From the NCBI GenBank assembly GCA_022782265.1, contig JALFOM010000084.1, positions 1,961 to 65,960 of the forward strand: a stretch of DNA of 64,000 nucleotides. The letters are read 5' to 3'. The translations under genes and the position numbers were made by a program. Below are positions 31,912-42,905 of this stretch, in pieces. The stretch's first letter is position 1; every line of letters starts with the position of its first letter. Under the pieces are notes generated by a model. The model was not told the DNA's origin. It was given only the letters and a program-made list of their open reading frames with translations, and ran no database searches. Source of the DNA: Clostridiales bacterium (lineage in GTDB: Bacteria > Bacillota > Clostridia > Oscillospirales > Oscillospiraceae).

Positions 31912-32565
31912 TCAGTGGAGAAATTTCTGTATATCCTTATCCGAAGCCATGACCAGCACTCTTTCTCCGTTGGAAAACACATGGCTGCCGCCGGAGAGGG
32001 GCGCCACCACGCCGTTTTGCTTGGTGGCCAGGATGTTGATATTGTGCTTTTTCCGCACTTCCAGATCAACCGCCGTCCGGCCTACCCAGTGCTGGGGCAC
32101 GCTGATCTCATAGATGGCGTAATTGTTGGCCAGGGGCATATAGTCAAAGATGCTGTCGTCGCTGTAGGTGACGGCGGCCCAGTTTGCCATCTGTTTTTCC
32201 AGATACACCACGTCGTCCGCGCCGTTTCTCAGGAGGAACTTGGCATGGCTGTCCTGGGTGGCCCGGGAGAGGACGAAGGGTGCGCCGTTGTCCTTCAAAA
32301 GCGCGGTGGTCTCCAGAGAGCTCTGGAAATCGTCGGCAATGGCCACAATACACAGGTCGAAATTCCGCACGCCCAAAGACTCGATAAAGCGCTCGTTGGT
32401 GCTGTCCCCGATCTGGGCGCTGGTCACATAGTCCAGCACTGCGTTGACCTTGTTTTCGTCCTTGTCAATGGCCAGGACCTCATGGTTAAGCTGGTGAAGC
32501 TTCATGGCCAGGTGGCGGCCAAAGCGGCCCAGGCCGATCAGCAGAATGGATTTGGTTGTTTTCAT
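31912..32565 (-). CDS. Trk/Ktr K+ uptake peripheral subunit, single RCK (KtrA-like)
   Basis: Start at MKTTKSILLIGLGRFGRH (32565). The AAGGAGG lies inside the longer track ORF. Rossmann motif GLGRFG. Confidence 0.85.
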   Translation of the reverse strand: MKTTKSILLIGLGRFGRHLAMKLHQLNHEVLAIDKDENKVNAVLDYVTSAQIGDSTNERFIESLGVRNFDLCIVAIADDFQSSLETTALLKDNGAPFVLSRATQDSHAKFLLRNGADDVVYLEKQMANWAAVTYSDDSIFDYMPLANNYAIYEISVPQHWVGRTAVDLEVRKKHNINILATKQNGVVAPLSGGSHVFSNGERVLVMASDKDIQKFLH

Positions 32566-32590
32566 TTTTCCTCCTTGCATTTATACAGGC

Positions 32591-33931
32591 TCAGCCCACA
32601 GTTACCCGTCCCATGGGCAGCCTTGCTCCCGTGGGGCCGTCGCCGGCAGATACAGCGTAAATCAGCGTCAGCCCGCCCACGCGCCCAAAGAACATGAGCA
32701 GGATCAGCAGCAGATGAGAGACGGTGGACAGCTGCGATGTGATGCCCAGGGAAAGGCCCACCGTGGCCACGGCAGACGCCGCCTCAAACAGGGCCGACAT
32801 CAGCTCCACCTTATCGATGCAGCTGATGGCAATTCCCACACCCACAAAAAGCAGGATGTACAGCATAAACACCGCCGCCGCGTTGCGGATGGATTTGTCC
32901 GGGATTCGGCGGCCAAAGGCTTCGGCGCTCTCCCGGCCGCGGTAGGCCGCCCGTACACAGAGCAGCAGTACCGCAATGGTGGTCATCTTAAAGCCGCCGG
33001 CCGTGGAGCCGGGTGCGCCGCCAATCAGCATCAGGCAGAGCACCACAAGCTTTCCCGCGCCGCTCATGGCGTTCAGGTCCACTGTATTAAAACCCGCGGT
33101 CCTGGGCGTTACGGTCTGGAACAGGGCGGCAAGGGTCCGCTGTCCCAGGCTCAGTCCCGCCCACTGGGGCAGGGCAAACTCATAGAAGAACATGAAGCAG
33201 AAGCCGCCCAGCACAAGGACCAGAGAAGTGACCAGAATGATCTTGCTCTGCTGGCTGTACCGGTTAATCCGGAAGCCGTACTCCCGCACATCGCTCCAGG
33301 TGGCAAAGCCGATGCCGCCGATGAGGATGACGAACACCAGGGTGATGTTGACAATAGCGTCCCCGGTAAAGGCGGTCAGGGAGGAGCAGGGCTCCTTGAT
33401 CCCCATCAGGTCAAAGCCCGCGTTGCAGAAGGCGGAAATGGAGTGAAACACAGCGTACCACAGCCCTTTTGCCACATTCATGGACCGGCAGAAGCTGAGG
33501 GCCAGCAGCGCCGCCCCGGCAAGCTCCACCGCCAGGGTGACTTTCAGAATCATGCCCGTCATGCGGACGATCCCGCCCACCTGGGGGGCGGAGATGGACT
33601 CCTGCATCACCCAGCGCTCTTTCAGTCCGATCCTTCGGCCGGAAAAGATACTGATGATTACCGCCATGGTGACGACGCCCATGCCGCCGATCTGGATCAG
33701 GCAAAGGATGACGATCTGCCCGAACAGGGTCCAATATTGGGCCGTATCCTGCATAACCAGGCCCGTGACGCAGGAGGCGGAGGTTGCGGTAAAGAGGGCC
33801 GTCTCCAGTCCGGCTCCCCGGCCGTCCCGGGTGGCAAAGGGCAGCATCAGCAGCAGGGTACCCAGCAATATCATGGCAAGAAAGCTCAGCGGAATGATCT
33901 GAGAGGGTGAAAGCTGTCTGTTTTTTTTCAC
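32591..33931 (-). CDS. TrkH/KtrB-family K+ transporter membrane subunit
   Basis: 446 aa, polytopic, with repeated selectivity-filter-like motifs (TGF/AGF). Confidence 0.85.
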   Translation of the reverse strand: MKKNRQLSPSQIIPLSFLAMILLGTLLLMLPFATRDGRGAGLETALFTATSASCVTGLVMQDTAQYWTLFGQIVILCLIQIGGMGVVTMAVIISIFSGRRIGLKERWVMQESISAPQVGGIVRMTGMILKVTLAVELAGAALLALSFCRSMNVAKGLWYAVFHSISAFCNAGFDLMGIKEPCSSLTAFTGDAIVNITLVFVILIGGIGFATWSDVREYGFRINRYSQQSKIILVTSLVLVLGGFCFMFFYEFALPQWAGLSLGQRTLAALFQTVTPRTAGFNTVDLNAMSGAGKLVVLCLMLIGGAPGSTAGGFKMTTIAVLLLCVRAAYRGRESAEAFGRRIPDKSIRNAAAVFMLYILLFVGVGIAISCIDKVELMSALFEAASAVATVGLSLGITSQLSTVSHLLLILLMFFGRVGGLTLIYAVSAGDGPTGARLPMGRVTVG

Positions 33932-33948
33932 GTTTTACTCCTTTGGCA

Positions 33949-35385
33949 TCAGCGCTTCCAGGTATGGCGGCTGAAGAGCAGAAGAATGGGGTAGATCTCC
34001 AGCCTGCCGATCAGCATGGCCAGAGACAAAATGATCTTGGAAAAAGAGGAGAACATGGAGTAGCTGCCGGTGGGCCCCACCAGGGACATGCCGGGGCCGA
34101 TATTGGAAAGACAGGCCAGCGCGCCGGTGAAATTGGTCTCCATATCAAAGCCGTCCACGGAGATCAGCAGCGTGCAGACCAGCAGGATCATCAGATACAT
34201 GACAAAGAAGGTGTTCACCGCGTGGACGGCGCCGGTCTCCACCCTTTTCCCCTCCAGCTGAACCCGGGTGACGCTGCGGGGGCGGATCATCTTTTTCAGC
34301 TCCGCTTCGGCGGATTTCAGCAGCATGACCACACGGGAGACTTTCAAGCCGCCGCCGGTGCTGCCGGCGCAGGCGCCGATGAACATCAGCAGGATCAGCA
34401 GCCACTTTGAATACTGGGGCCATAAATTGAAGTCCACGGTGCCGAAGCCGGTGGTGCTGATGATGGTGGAGACATTGAAAAAGGCGTGGCGCAGAGCGGT
34501 GGTAAAGCTGCCGTACATACCTGAAATATTCACGGCAATGGTCAATACGGAGAACAGCACAATGGCCAGAAACCAGCGCAGCTCCTCATTTTTCAGCACG
34601 TCCTTTACCCGGCCGATGAGCAGCAGGTAGTACAGGTTGAAGTTCACGGAGAACAGCAGCATGAAAACGGAGATAACCATCTCCACATACAGGCTGTTGA
34701 ACGCGCCCACGCTTGCCGCTTTTGTGGAAAAGCCGCCGGTTCCGGCTGTGCCGAAGGCGTGGAGCAGCGCGTCAAAAAAGCTCATCCCGCCGGCCTTCAG
34801 GAAGATGGTCTCCAAGGCGGTCAGGGCCATATACATCAGGTAGAGGATCTTGGCGGTCTCCCTTGCTCTGGGCACCAGCTTGCCCACGGTGGGGCCGGGG
34901 ACCTCCGCACGCATGATGTGCATGGAGTGTTCTCCGCTCATGGGCAGTACGGCCATAACGAAGACCAGAACGCCCATGCCGCCGATCCAGTGGGTAAAGG
35001 AACGCCAGAACAGACAGCCGTGGGACATGCCCTCAATATCGGTCAGGATGGAGGCGCCGGTGGTGGTAAAGCCGGAGACCGTTTCAAACACCGCGTCGAT
35101 ATAATTGGGGATCTGGCCGCTGATCACAAAGGGCAGAGCGCCTAAAAGAGACATGCTGATCCAGGCAAGGCCCACAATGACAAAGCCTTCCCTGGCATAA
35201 ATATCCGTACTTCTGGGCTTGAAGCTCCGCAGAAAGAAGCTCACCGCCGCCGTAATCACCACGGCCACAACAAAGCCCAGAACATTTTCCCCATAACACA
35301 GGCCCGCCGCCAGAGGGAGCAGCATCAGCACCGCAAGGCAGGCCAGAACCGAGCCCAGGGTGTGAGAAATCATCCGGTAGTTCAT
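33949..35385 (-). CDS. trkH: TrkH-family K+ transporter membrane subunit
   Basis: 478 aa, polytopic. Contains GFTTTGAS and GGFSTK motifs. Overlaps the trkA stop by 4 nt. Confidence 0.85.
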   Translation of the reverse strand: MNYRMISHTLGSVLACLAVLMLLPLAAGLCYGENVLGFVVAVVITAAVSFFLRSFKPRSTDIYAREGFVIVGLAWISMSLLGALPFVISGQIPNYIDAVFETVSGFTTTGASILTDIEGMSHGCLFWRSFTHWIGGMGVLVFVMAVLPMSGEHSMHIMRAEVPGPTVGKLVPRARETAKILYLMYMALTALETIFLKAGGMSFFDALLHAFGTAGTGGFSTKAASVGAFNSLYVEMVISVFMLLFSVNFNLYYLLLIGRVKDVLKNEELRWFLAIVLFSVLTIAVNISGMYGSFTTALRHAFFNVSTIISTTGFGTVDFNLWPQYSKWLLILLMFIGACAGSTGGGLKVSRVVMLLKSAEAELKKMIRPRSVTRVQLEGKRVETGAVHAVNTFFVMYLMILLVCTLLISVDGFDMETNFTGALACLSNIGPGMSLVGPTGSYSMFSSFSKIILSLAMLIGRLEIYPILLLFSRHTWKR

Positions 35386-36746
35386 TGCTCTTCCTCTACA
35401 ATAGCGTCCAGATCCTTGAGCCGGCCGGCGGCGGTGACGATCACGGCGTGATCGCCGGGACAGATCACGGTTTCGCCGTCGGGGATGATACTCCTGCTGC
35501 CGCGGATGACGGCGCTGATCAGGATATTGGGTTTAAGCCGCAGGGTTTTCAGCGGGATCCCCACGCAGGCGGAGCCTTCGCCCACCTTGAATTCAAGGGC
35601 TTCCACCTTGCCGTCGGCCAGGCGGTAAAGGGTCTCCATGCTGCTGCCCACGGAATTGTTCATGGCCCGGACGTATCGGGTGATCTGCTGGGCCACCAGG
35701 TCCTTGGGGGTGACGATGCTGTCCAGCCCGGAGCTTTCCAGTATGCCGGTGAAGTGCTCCCGGTTCACCTTGGTGACGATTTTCGGCACACTGTGGTGCT
35801 TGGCGTACATGGAAGTGATGATATTGTCCCCGTCGTCGCCGGTGAGGGCCACAAAGGCGTCGGTACTGCGTATGCCTTCCTCCAGAAGCACCTCGTTTCG
35901 GGTGGCGTCGCCGCAGATGATGTGGGCGCTGGGAATCAGATCGCAGAGCAGGTCGCAGCGCTCCCTGTCCCTGTCGATGACGGTGACGTCAATGCCGCTG
36001 TCCAGCAGAAGGCGGGTGAGATAGACCGATATTCTGCTTCCGCCCATAATCATCACGTTTTTCACCGGGCGGCGGTACTGGCCGATGGCCACGAAAAATC
36101 TTCTCAGCTCCCGGGACGCGCCGGAGATGCTGAGCCTGTCCCCTGCGCGGAGGATAAAATCGCCGTTGGGGATCAGGGCGTCTCCGCCCCGCTCCACCAC
36201 GCAGACAAGGACCTTGGCGCCCAGCTCCCTGGGCAGATTTTTCAGCTGCATCCCGTCCAGCTTGCTCTTCTCCGGGACCTTGTGTTCAATGATCTCCACA
36301 CTGCCCTTGGAAAAGGCGTCCACCCGGACGGCACTGGGGAAGCGCAGCATACGGGAGATCTCCTTGGCACACTCATACTCGGGATTGATAATAACGGAAA
36401 GGCCCAGAACCTCACGGAGAAATTCGGTCTGGCTCAGATACTCCGGATCGCGGATACGGGCGATGATATGCTTGGTCCCCAGCTTCCGGGCGGCGATGCC
36501 GCAGATCATGTTTACCTCGTCCTGCTCGGTGGCGGCCATCAGCAGATCGGCCTCCGCCGCGCCGGCCTCCATGAGCGTTTCCGGGTTGGTGGCGTTGCCT
36601 TCAACGCAGATCACGTCCAGGTCGTTTGACAGATGAGATATGGTCTCCGGGTCCCGGTCTATCACGGTGATGTCATGTCCCTCATCCGAGAGCATGTTTG
36701 CCACGGAATAGCCCACCTTGCCCGCGCCCACAATGATTATCTTCAT
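35382..36746 (-). CDS. trkA: Trk system K+ uptake protein TrkA (tandem RCK)
   Basis: Start at MKIIIVGAGKVGYS (36746). A second Rossmann motif MIMGGSRIS and two TrkA-C domains are present. Confidence 0.9.
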   Translation of the reverse strand: MKIIIVGAGKVGYSVANMLSDEGHDITVIDRDPETISHLSNDLDVICVEGNATNPETLMEAGAAEADLLMAATEQDEVNMICGIAARKLGTKHIIARIRDPEYLSQTEFLREVLGLSVIINPEYECAKEISRMLRFPSAVRVDAFSKGSVEIIEHKVPEKSKLDGMQLKNLPRELGAKVLVCVVERGGDALIPNGDFILRAGDRLSISGASRELRRFFVAIGQYRRPVKNVMIMGGSRISVYLTRLLLDSGIDVTVIDRDRERCDLLCDLIPSAHIICGDATRNEVLLEEGIRSTDAFVALTGDDGDNIITSMYAKHHSVPKIVTKVNREHFTGILESSGLDSIVTPKDLVAQQITRYVRAMNNSVGSSMETLYRLADGKVEALEFKVGEGSACVGIPLKTLRLKPNILISAVIRGSRSIIPDGETVICPGDHAVIVTAAGRLKDLDAIVEEEQ

Positions 36747-36916
36747 ATTTGCTTTCTCCGTTCTGTTTCTGGGCAATATTTCATGTCATTATATCACAGC
36801 GTTTTATGCTTGTACAGAGAAATACGGCAGGGAAAATACCCTGTTTGGCCGTATTTTTTGGAATATTTCGTTTTTGCCCGCATAAGTTTAAGCAGTCTGA
36901 CAACGGAGGAGAGAGC

Positions 36917-38194
36917 ATGAGATTATTACGTCTGGGCAGCATGGGCCCTTCGGTACAGCTATTGCAGCTTGCCCTGAACCGGGCGGGCTTTGGTCCGCTG
37001 GAGCAGGACGGCGTTTTCGGCACAGCCACGCAGAATGCCCTTGCCCGCTTTCAGCAGGCCCAGGGTCTGACGCCGGACGGGATCGCGGGCAGCAGCACAC
37101 ACAGGGCGCTTCTGCCCTGGTACACCGGCTTTACGGTACATCGGGTACAGCGGGGTGACAGTCTTTATTCCGTCGCTGAACGGTACGGCAGCAGCGTGGA
37201 GGCCATACAGCTTGCCAATCCGGAGCTGAACCCGGCAAATCTCCTTATCGGCACGCAGCTGGTGGTTCCTCTTCCTTTCCCGGTGGTCCCTACGGACATC
37301 GCTTACTCCTCCCAGCTGGTGGCCTATTGCGTGAGAGGGCTTGCGGCCCGCTACCCCTTTATTGTCACCGGAGAAATCGGCAAAAGCGTCATGGGAAGGC
37401 CTCTGTGGGTTATGATTCTGGGCAGCGGCGAAAACCGGGTGATGTATAACGCCTCCCATCACGCCAACGAGTGGATCACCACACCGGTGCTGCTGAAATT
37501 TGCCGAGCAGCTGGCCTCCGCTTTTGCCTCCGGCGGCAGCGTCTTCGGCCAGAGCGCGGCTGAGCTGATGGACTATGCCTCAATATACTTCGTTCCTGCT
37601 GTGAACCCGGACGGCATCGACCTGGTGACCGGGGAGCTGACGCAGGGGGAGTATTATGACCGCGCGGCGGCCATTGCCGCAAATTATCCGCAGTTTCCCT
37701 TCCCTTCCGGCTGGAAGGCCAATATCCGGGGCGTTGATCTGAATCTCCAGTACCCGGCAGGCTGGGAGCAGGCCAGGGAGAACAAATATGCCCAGGGCAT
37801 ACGCTCTCCCGCTCCGGCGGATTTTGTGGGCTCTGCGCCTCTGACGGCCCCGGAGAGCCGGGCCATGTACGACTTTACTCTGTCCGTGGAGCCGGAGCTG
37901 ATTTTGGCTTATCACACCCAGGGTGAGGTGATCTTCTGGCAGTTTCTGGACTATGAGCCGGAGGGCTCCCGGAGCATCGCAGAGCTGTTTTCCCATGTGT
38001 CGGGCTACCGCGTGGAGAGCACGCCCTATGCCTCCGGCTTTGCGGGCTATAAGGACTGGTTTATTCAGGATTTCAACCGGCCGGGCTACACCATTGAGGC
38101 GGGGCTCGGGCTAAACCCGCTGCCTGTCTCGGATTTTGCCGGCATTTATGAAAAAAATCTGGGTATCCTTACCCTGGGCGCGCTGGTGACCTGA
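36917..38194 (+). CDS. M14-family peptidoglycan peptidase (gamma-D-glutamyl-meso-DAP peptidase-like) with PG-binding and LysM domains
   Basis: ATG at 36917 after GGAGGAG. PG_binding_1-like LQLALNRAGFGPLEQDGVFG and LysM HRVQRGDSLYSVAERYG are followed by HHANEW, the M14 HxxE zinc motif. Confidence 0.8.
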   Translation: MRLLRLGSMGPSVQLLQLALNRAGFGPLEQDGVFGTATQNALARFQQAQGLTPDGIAGSSTHRALLPWYTGFTVHRVQRGDSLYSVAERYGSSVEAIQLANPELNPANLLIGTQLVVPLPFPVVPTDIAYSSQLVAYCVRGLAARYPFIVTGEIGKSVMGRPLWVMILGSGENRVMYNASHHANEWITTPVLLKFAEQLASAFASGGSVFGQSAAELMDYASIYFVPAVNPDGIDLVTGELTQGEYYDRAAAIAANYPQFPFPSGWKANIRGVDLNLQYPAGWEQARENKYAQGIRSPAPADFVGSAPLTAPESRAMYDFTLSVEPELILAYHTQGEVIFWQFLDYEPEGSRSIAELFSHVSGYRVESTPYASGFAGYKDWFIQDFNRPGYTIEAGLGLNPLPVSDFAGIYEKNLGILTLGALVT

Positions 38195-38283
38195 CAAAAG
38201 CGGGAGAAATCACTTTAAATTATTTATATACTTTTGCGCCTTCTTTTGATATACTGAGTGCAGAACAAAAGGAGGTACCGACA

Positions 38284-38907
38284 TTGAATATTATCCGCTA
38301 TGGGCTTGTCCTGCTGCTGAGCTATCTTATCGGCTGCTCCAGTATGGCTCTCTATATTTCCAAATACAAAAAAGTAGATATCCGCAAGTCCGGTTCCGGC
38401 AACCTGGGCGCTTCCAACACCATGATCCTTCTGGGCTGGAAGCCGGCCGTGATCGTTGGCCTGCATGATATAGGCAAGGCTGTGCTGGCGGTGGCGCTGG
38501 CAAAGCTGTTTTGCCCGGATCAGCAGCTGATCCAGGCCGGGGCGGGCGTGGCCTGCGTACTGGGGCATATGTTTCCCTTTTATCTGCGCTTCAAGGGCGG
38601 AAAGGGCTTTGCCTCTTATCTGGGTATGACTCTGGCACTTAACTGGAAGTTCGCCCTTGTGGTCATGGTAATCGTGGTGATTGTAACGCTGATAAGCGAT
38701 TACATTGTTGTCGGAACTGCAACAACAATTGTTATTGTTCCGGCCTACATGGGTTATTTCACCCGCAATCTGCTGTTGGCGGCTATTCTCTGTGTTGCTA
38801 CTGCCGCCATACTGTATAAGCACCGGGAAAACTATTTTCGCATTTTAAACGGCACGGAGGTGGGGCTTCGCCGTGCCAACCGGGGCGAGCTTCGGGTCAA
38901 AAAGTAA
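38284..38907 (+). CDS. plsY: glycerol-3-phosphate acyltransferase PlsY
   Basis: TTG start after AAGGAGG. The SGSGNLGASN motif (PlsY GSGNxGATN type) is present in a polytopic 207-aa protein. Confidence 0.9.
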   Translation: MNIIRYGLVLLLSYLIGCSSMALYISKYKKVDIRKSGSGNLGASNTMILLGWKPAVIVGLHDIGKAVLAVALAKLFCPDQQLIQAGAGVACVLGHMFPFYLRFKGGKGFASYLGMTLALNWKFALVVMVIVVIVTLISDYIVVGTATTIVIVPAYMGYFTRNLLLAAILCVATAAILYKHRENYFRILNGTEVGLRRANRGELRVKK

Positions 38908-38920
38908 ATCTTGTATAGAA

Positions 38921-38956
38921 ACTGCCCGGTCAGCTGACCGGGCAGTCATTTTTTAG
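38921..38956. terminator. bidirectional terminator between plsY and asnS
   Basis: actgcccggtcag/ctgaccgggcagt, a 13-bp-arm palindrome, followed by cattttttag. Confidence 0.7.
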
Positions 38957-38963
38957 CTTTATT

Positions 38964-40370
<1,407 letters not shown>

Positions 40371-40470
40371 CCTTTCCTTGTGCCCTTGGGCACGCATAGT
40401 ATATTTTCAGCGTCTTTGCGCTGATTTTGCTATTATATCTATATTGTTCTTTTTTTGCAACAGCAAAAAT

Positions 40471-41361
40471 TCAAAAAATCAGCTTGACCGGCGCTTTGTA
40501 ATTACACAGCTCCACTTCCCTGTATTCTCCCCCGGCCTCGCCGTCACGGGTCCAGGCCACCGGCTTTTCAAAGCTGAATCTGGCCCGCTTGGTGTGAAGA
40601 ACCAGAAGCTTGTCGCTGTCATATTTCTGAGAGAGGATGCTGGTCAATATCTCGCCAAAGCCCTCCACGCTGCCCGGGTCCTTTACCAGAACCAGCTCGC
40701 TCATACCGTCGCCCAGGCTGACGATCTCCTCATTCAGCCGGACGATTCCCGCAACAGAGGTGGAGTTTGACATGCTGCCGTAGACCAGGTTTGCTTCAAT
40801 AATGCCCTCATCATATTCCACCCGGGCCTTGTATGCCTCTATCTTGGGCAGCTGGGCCGCCCCCTGCAGCACATAGGCCAGATGGCCCAGTACTTTTTTC
40901 TGGGTTTGGGGGGTGGAGTAGCTTACCTCGGTAAAAGCGCCGAAGGCGGCAATATAGGCAAAAAACTTGTCCCCGTCAAAGCCGCCGATATCATAGGGAT
41001 GAGGCGTTCCGGAAAGCATACGCTTTGCCGCCCCTACGGTGTCGTTTTTCGGCAGGGCAAGGGTGGTTGCCACGTCGTTTGCCGTGCCCATGGGGAAATA
41101 GCCCACCGGAGGAGGATCCTTCAGCTCCATCAGGCCGGCAAGCACCTCGCTTAGGGTTCCGTCGCCGCCGACGCAGGCCACGGTATCATATTCAGACGCA
41201 TATCTTGCCGCAAATTCTGTTGCTTCTCCCCTTCCGGAGGTAAAAAAAAGGGTGGTCCTGTATCCACCGATATCCAGTACATTCAGGGCCTCAGGCAGGT
41301 TGACTTTATATCCGCCCCGTCCGGCCGCCGGATTGATGATGAGCATGAGCCTTTTTTTCAT
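40471..41361 (-). CDS. diacylglycerol/lipid kinase family protein (YegS/DagK-like)
   Basis: Start at MKKRLMLIINPAAGRGG (41361). The GGDGT motif is in VACVGGDGTLSEV. Confidence 0.85.
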   Translation of the reverse strand: MKKRLMLIINPAAGRGGYKVNLPEALNVLDIGGYRTTLFFTSGRGEATEFAARYASEYDTVACVGGDGTLSEVLAGLMELKDPPPVGYFPMGTANDVATTLALPKNDTVGAAKRMLSGTPHPYDIGGFDGDKFFAYIAAFGAFTEVSYSTPQTQKKVLGHLAYVLQGAAQLPKIEAYKARVEYDEGIIEANLVYGSMSNSTSVAGIVRLNEEIVSLGDGMSELVLVKDPGSVEGFGEILTSILSQKYDSDKLLVLHTKRARFSFEKPVAWTRDGEAGGEYREVELCNYKAPVKLIF

Positions 41362-41447
41362 CTGTAAGTTCCCCTTTCTTAACGCCATTATAATCTATGG
41401 GGGGCGTGAGGTCAAATGAACAAACTGCTAATAAAGCAAATAACAAA

Positions 41448-41480
41448 GCAAAAAGGACACAGGAAATAACCTGTGTCCTT
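41448..41480 (-). terminator. terminator after rpsT
   Basis: aaggacacagg-aaataa-cctgtgtcctt, with a T-run on the minus strand. Confidence 0.65.
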
Positions 41481-41494
41481 GTGTTGCTGAAAAC

Positions 41495-41758
41495 TTAAGC
41501 CATCTCGTTGAGCTTTACAGACATAGCGGACTTCTTGTGAGCTGCGTTGTTCTTGTGAAGCAGACCCTTGCAAGCCGCACGGTCAACAGTCTTAACGGCA
41601 ACTTTATAGGCACTGACGGCTGCGTCGCGGTTGCCATCGGCAACGGCTGCGTCAAACTTTTTCATCATGGTCTTGAGCTCGGTCTTTTCAGCACGATTCT
41701 TTGCTCTGAGCTGCTTGGACTTTTCGTCTCTCTTGGCAGAAGATTTAATGTTGGCCAT
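41495..41758 (-). CDS. rpsT: 30S ribosomal protein S20
   Basis: 87 aa. MANIKSSAKRDEKSKQLRAKNRAEK is canonical S20. Confidence 0.95.
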   Translation of the reverse strand: MANIKSSAKRDEKSKQLRAKNRAEKTELKTMMKKFDAAVADGNRDAAVSAYKVAVKTVDRAACKGLLHKNNAAHKKSAMSVKLNEMA

Positions 41759-41939
41759 GTTCGATCGCCACCTCCTCCTATAAAATTGAGCTATACATAA
41801 CTCGCGTTTTGAAATTATAGCAAATTAAGTTCCGAAAATCAAGAGTTTTTTTCAAAAAAAAGTTTATTTTTTTCACTTGTTATTTCTTCTGCCCTTTTCG
41901 GAAAAAATACACAATATATAGTTTTCTGTGAGGTGCAGT

Positions 41940-42785
41940 ATGGCAATAAATGGCAGGACAGATATGGCCTCTGAGGCCCATCGGGATTATAAAAAGGGAA
42001 AGGCACTCCCTGGTGTGTCAGCAAAAGAGGAAACGCTGAACGGTTTTCCCCTGTATTCCGTTGAGATCAAAAATGAAGATGGCGCACAGGCTTTGAGAAA
42101 GCCGGTAGGCAAATACTATACACTGGAGCCGGAGCGTTTTTTTGAGCGCGGCTCTGATTCCTTTGCTCCAGCCGCTCAGGCCGTGGCGCAGCTGATAAAA
42201 AACTGCTCTGATGGTTTGTCTCCCTCTTCCGTTCTTGTGGCCGCTCTGGGCAATCCGGATATCACACCGGACGCTCTTGGCCCTCTAACCGCCTCCCACC
42301 TTATCGTGACACGCCATCTGAAGCATTCCGGCGACCCGATTTTTTCTTCCTTCCATTCTCTCGCCCTTTGCCGTACCGGTGTGCTTGGGACCTCCGGTAT
42401 TGAAAGTGCGCTGCATATCAAAACCCTCTGTGCTTTGCTCAAGCCTGAGCTTGTCATCGCCGTGGACGCTCTGGCCGGGTCTGATCCGGACCGTCTCTGC
42501 CGGACCATACAGGTAAACAGTGCCGGTGTGGCTCCCGGCTCCGGGGTTGGCAACGACCGGGAGGAATTGAGTCTGGATTACCTGGGTGTTCCTGTTGTTG
42601 GTATAGGCGTGCCCACGGTAATTGATTCTGAGCTTTTCGGCAGCGGAAGCAATACGCATATGTTTGTCACGCCCCGGAATATTGACAGTCTGGTTCGCAG
42701 CGCGGCCAGGCTGATCGGATACGGCATTGATCTGGCGGTACACGACGGGCTTTCTATTGGTGACATTGATATGCTGATCGGCTGA
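41940..42785 (+). CDS. gpr: GPR endopeptidase (spore germination protease)
   Basis: Start at MAINGRTDMASEA (41940). The segments LGNPDITPDALGP and VIAVDALAG...IQVNSAGVAPGSGVGN are GPR/A25 family signatures. Confidence 0.85.
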   Translation: MAINGRTDMASEAHRDYKKGKALPGVSAKEETLNGFPLYSVEIKNEDGAQALRKPVGKYYTLEPERFFERGSDSFAPAAQAVAQLIKNCSDGLSPSSVLVAALGNPDITPDALGPLTASHLIVTRHLKHSGDPIFSSFHSLALCRTGVLGTSGIESALHIKTLCALLKPELVIAVDALAGSDPDRLCRTIQVNSAGVAPGSGVGNDREELSLDYLGVPVVGIGVPTVIDSELFGSGSNTHMFVTPRNIDSLVRSAARLIGYGIDLAVHDGLSIGDIDMLIG

Positions 42786-42801
42786 TGTTTCACGTGAAAC
42801 A
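42786..42801. promoter_or_regulatory. parS site (perfect consensus TGTTTCACGTGAAACA)
   Basis: Exact 16-bp palindrome that begins at the last base of the gpr stop codon (42785). Confidence 0.85.
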
Positions 42802-42824
42802 TTCATTTTTACAAAAATTCAAAA

Positions 42825-42840
42825 TGTTTCACGTGAAACA
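42825..42840. promoter_or_regulatory. parS site (perfect consensus TGTTTCACGTGAAACA)
   Basis: Second exact copy, 39 bp from the first and about 65 bp upstream of parA. Confidence 0.85.
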
Positions 42841-42905
42841 TTGAAAAGGCGTCAGGATGCTGTTATAATGTCTGCCGAAAAGAAAAATGCAGGATGGAGA
42901 GCGTC

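Noticed and set aside
36747-36916. c-di-AMP (ydaO/kimA-type) riboswitch upstream of the trkA operon
   Set aside because: The region is short and AT-rich, and I could not recognise any of the conserved riboswitch helices or motifs.
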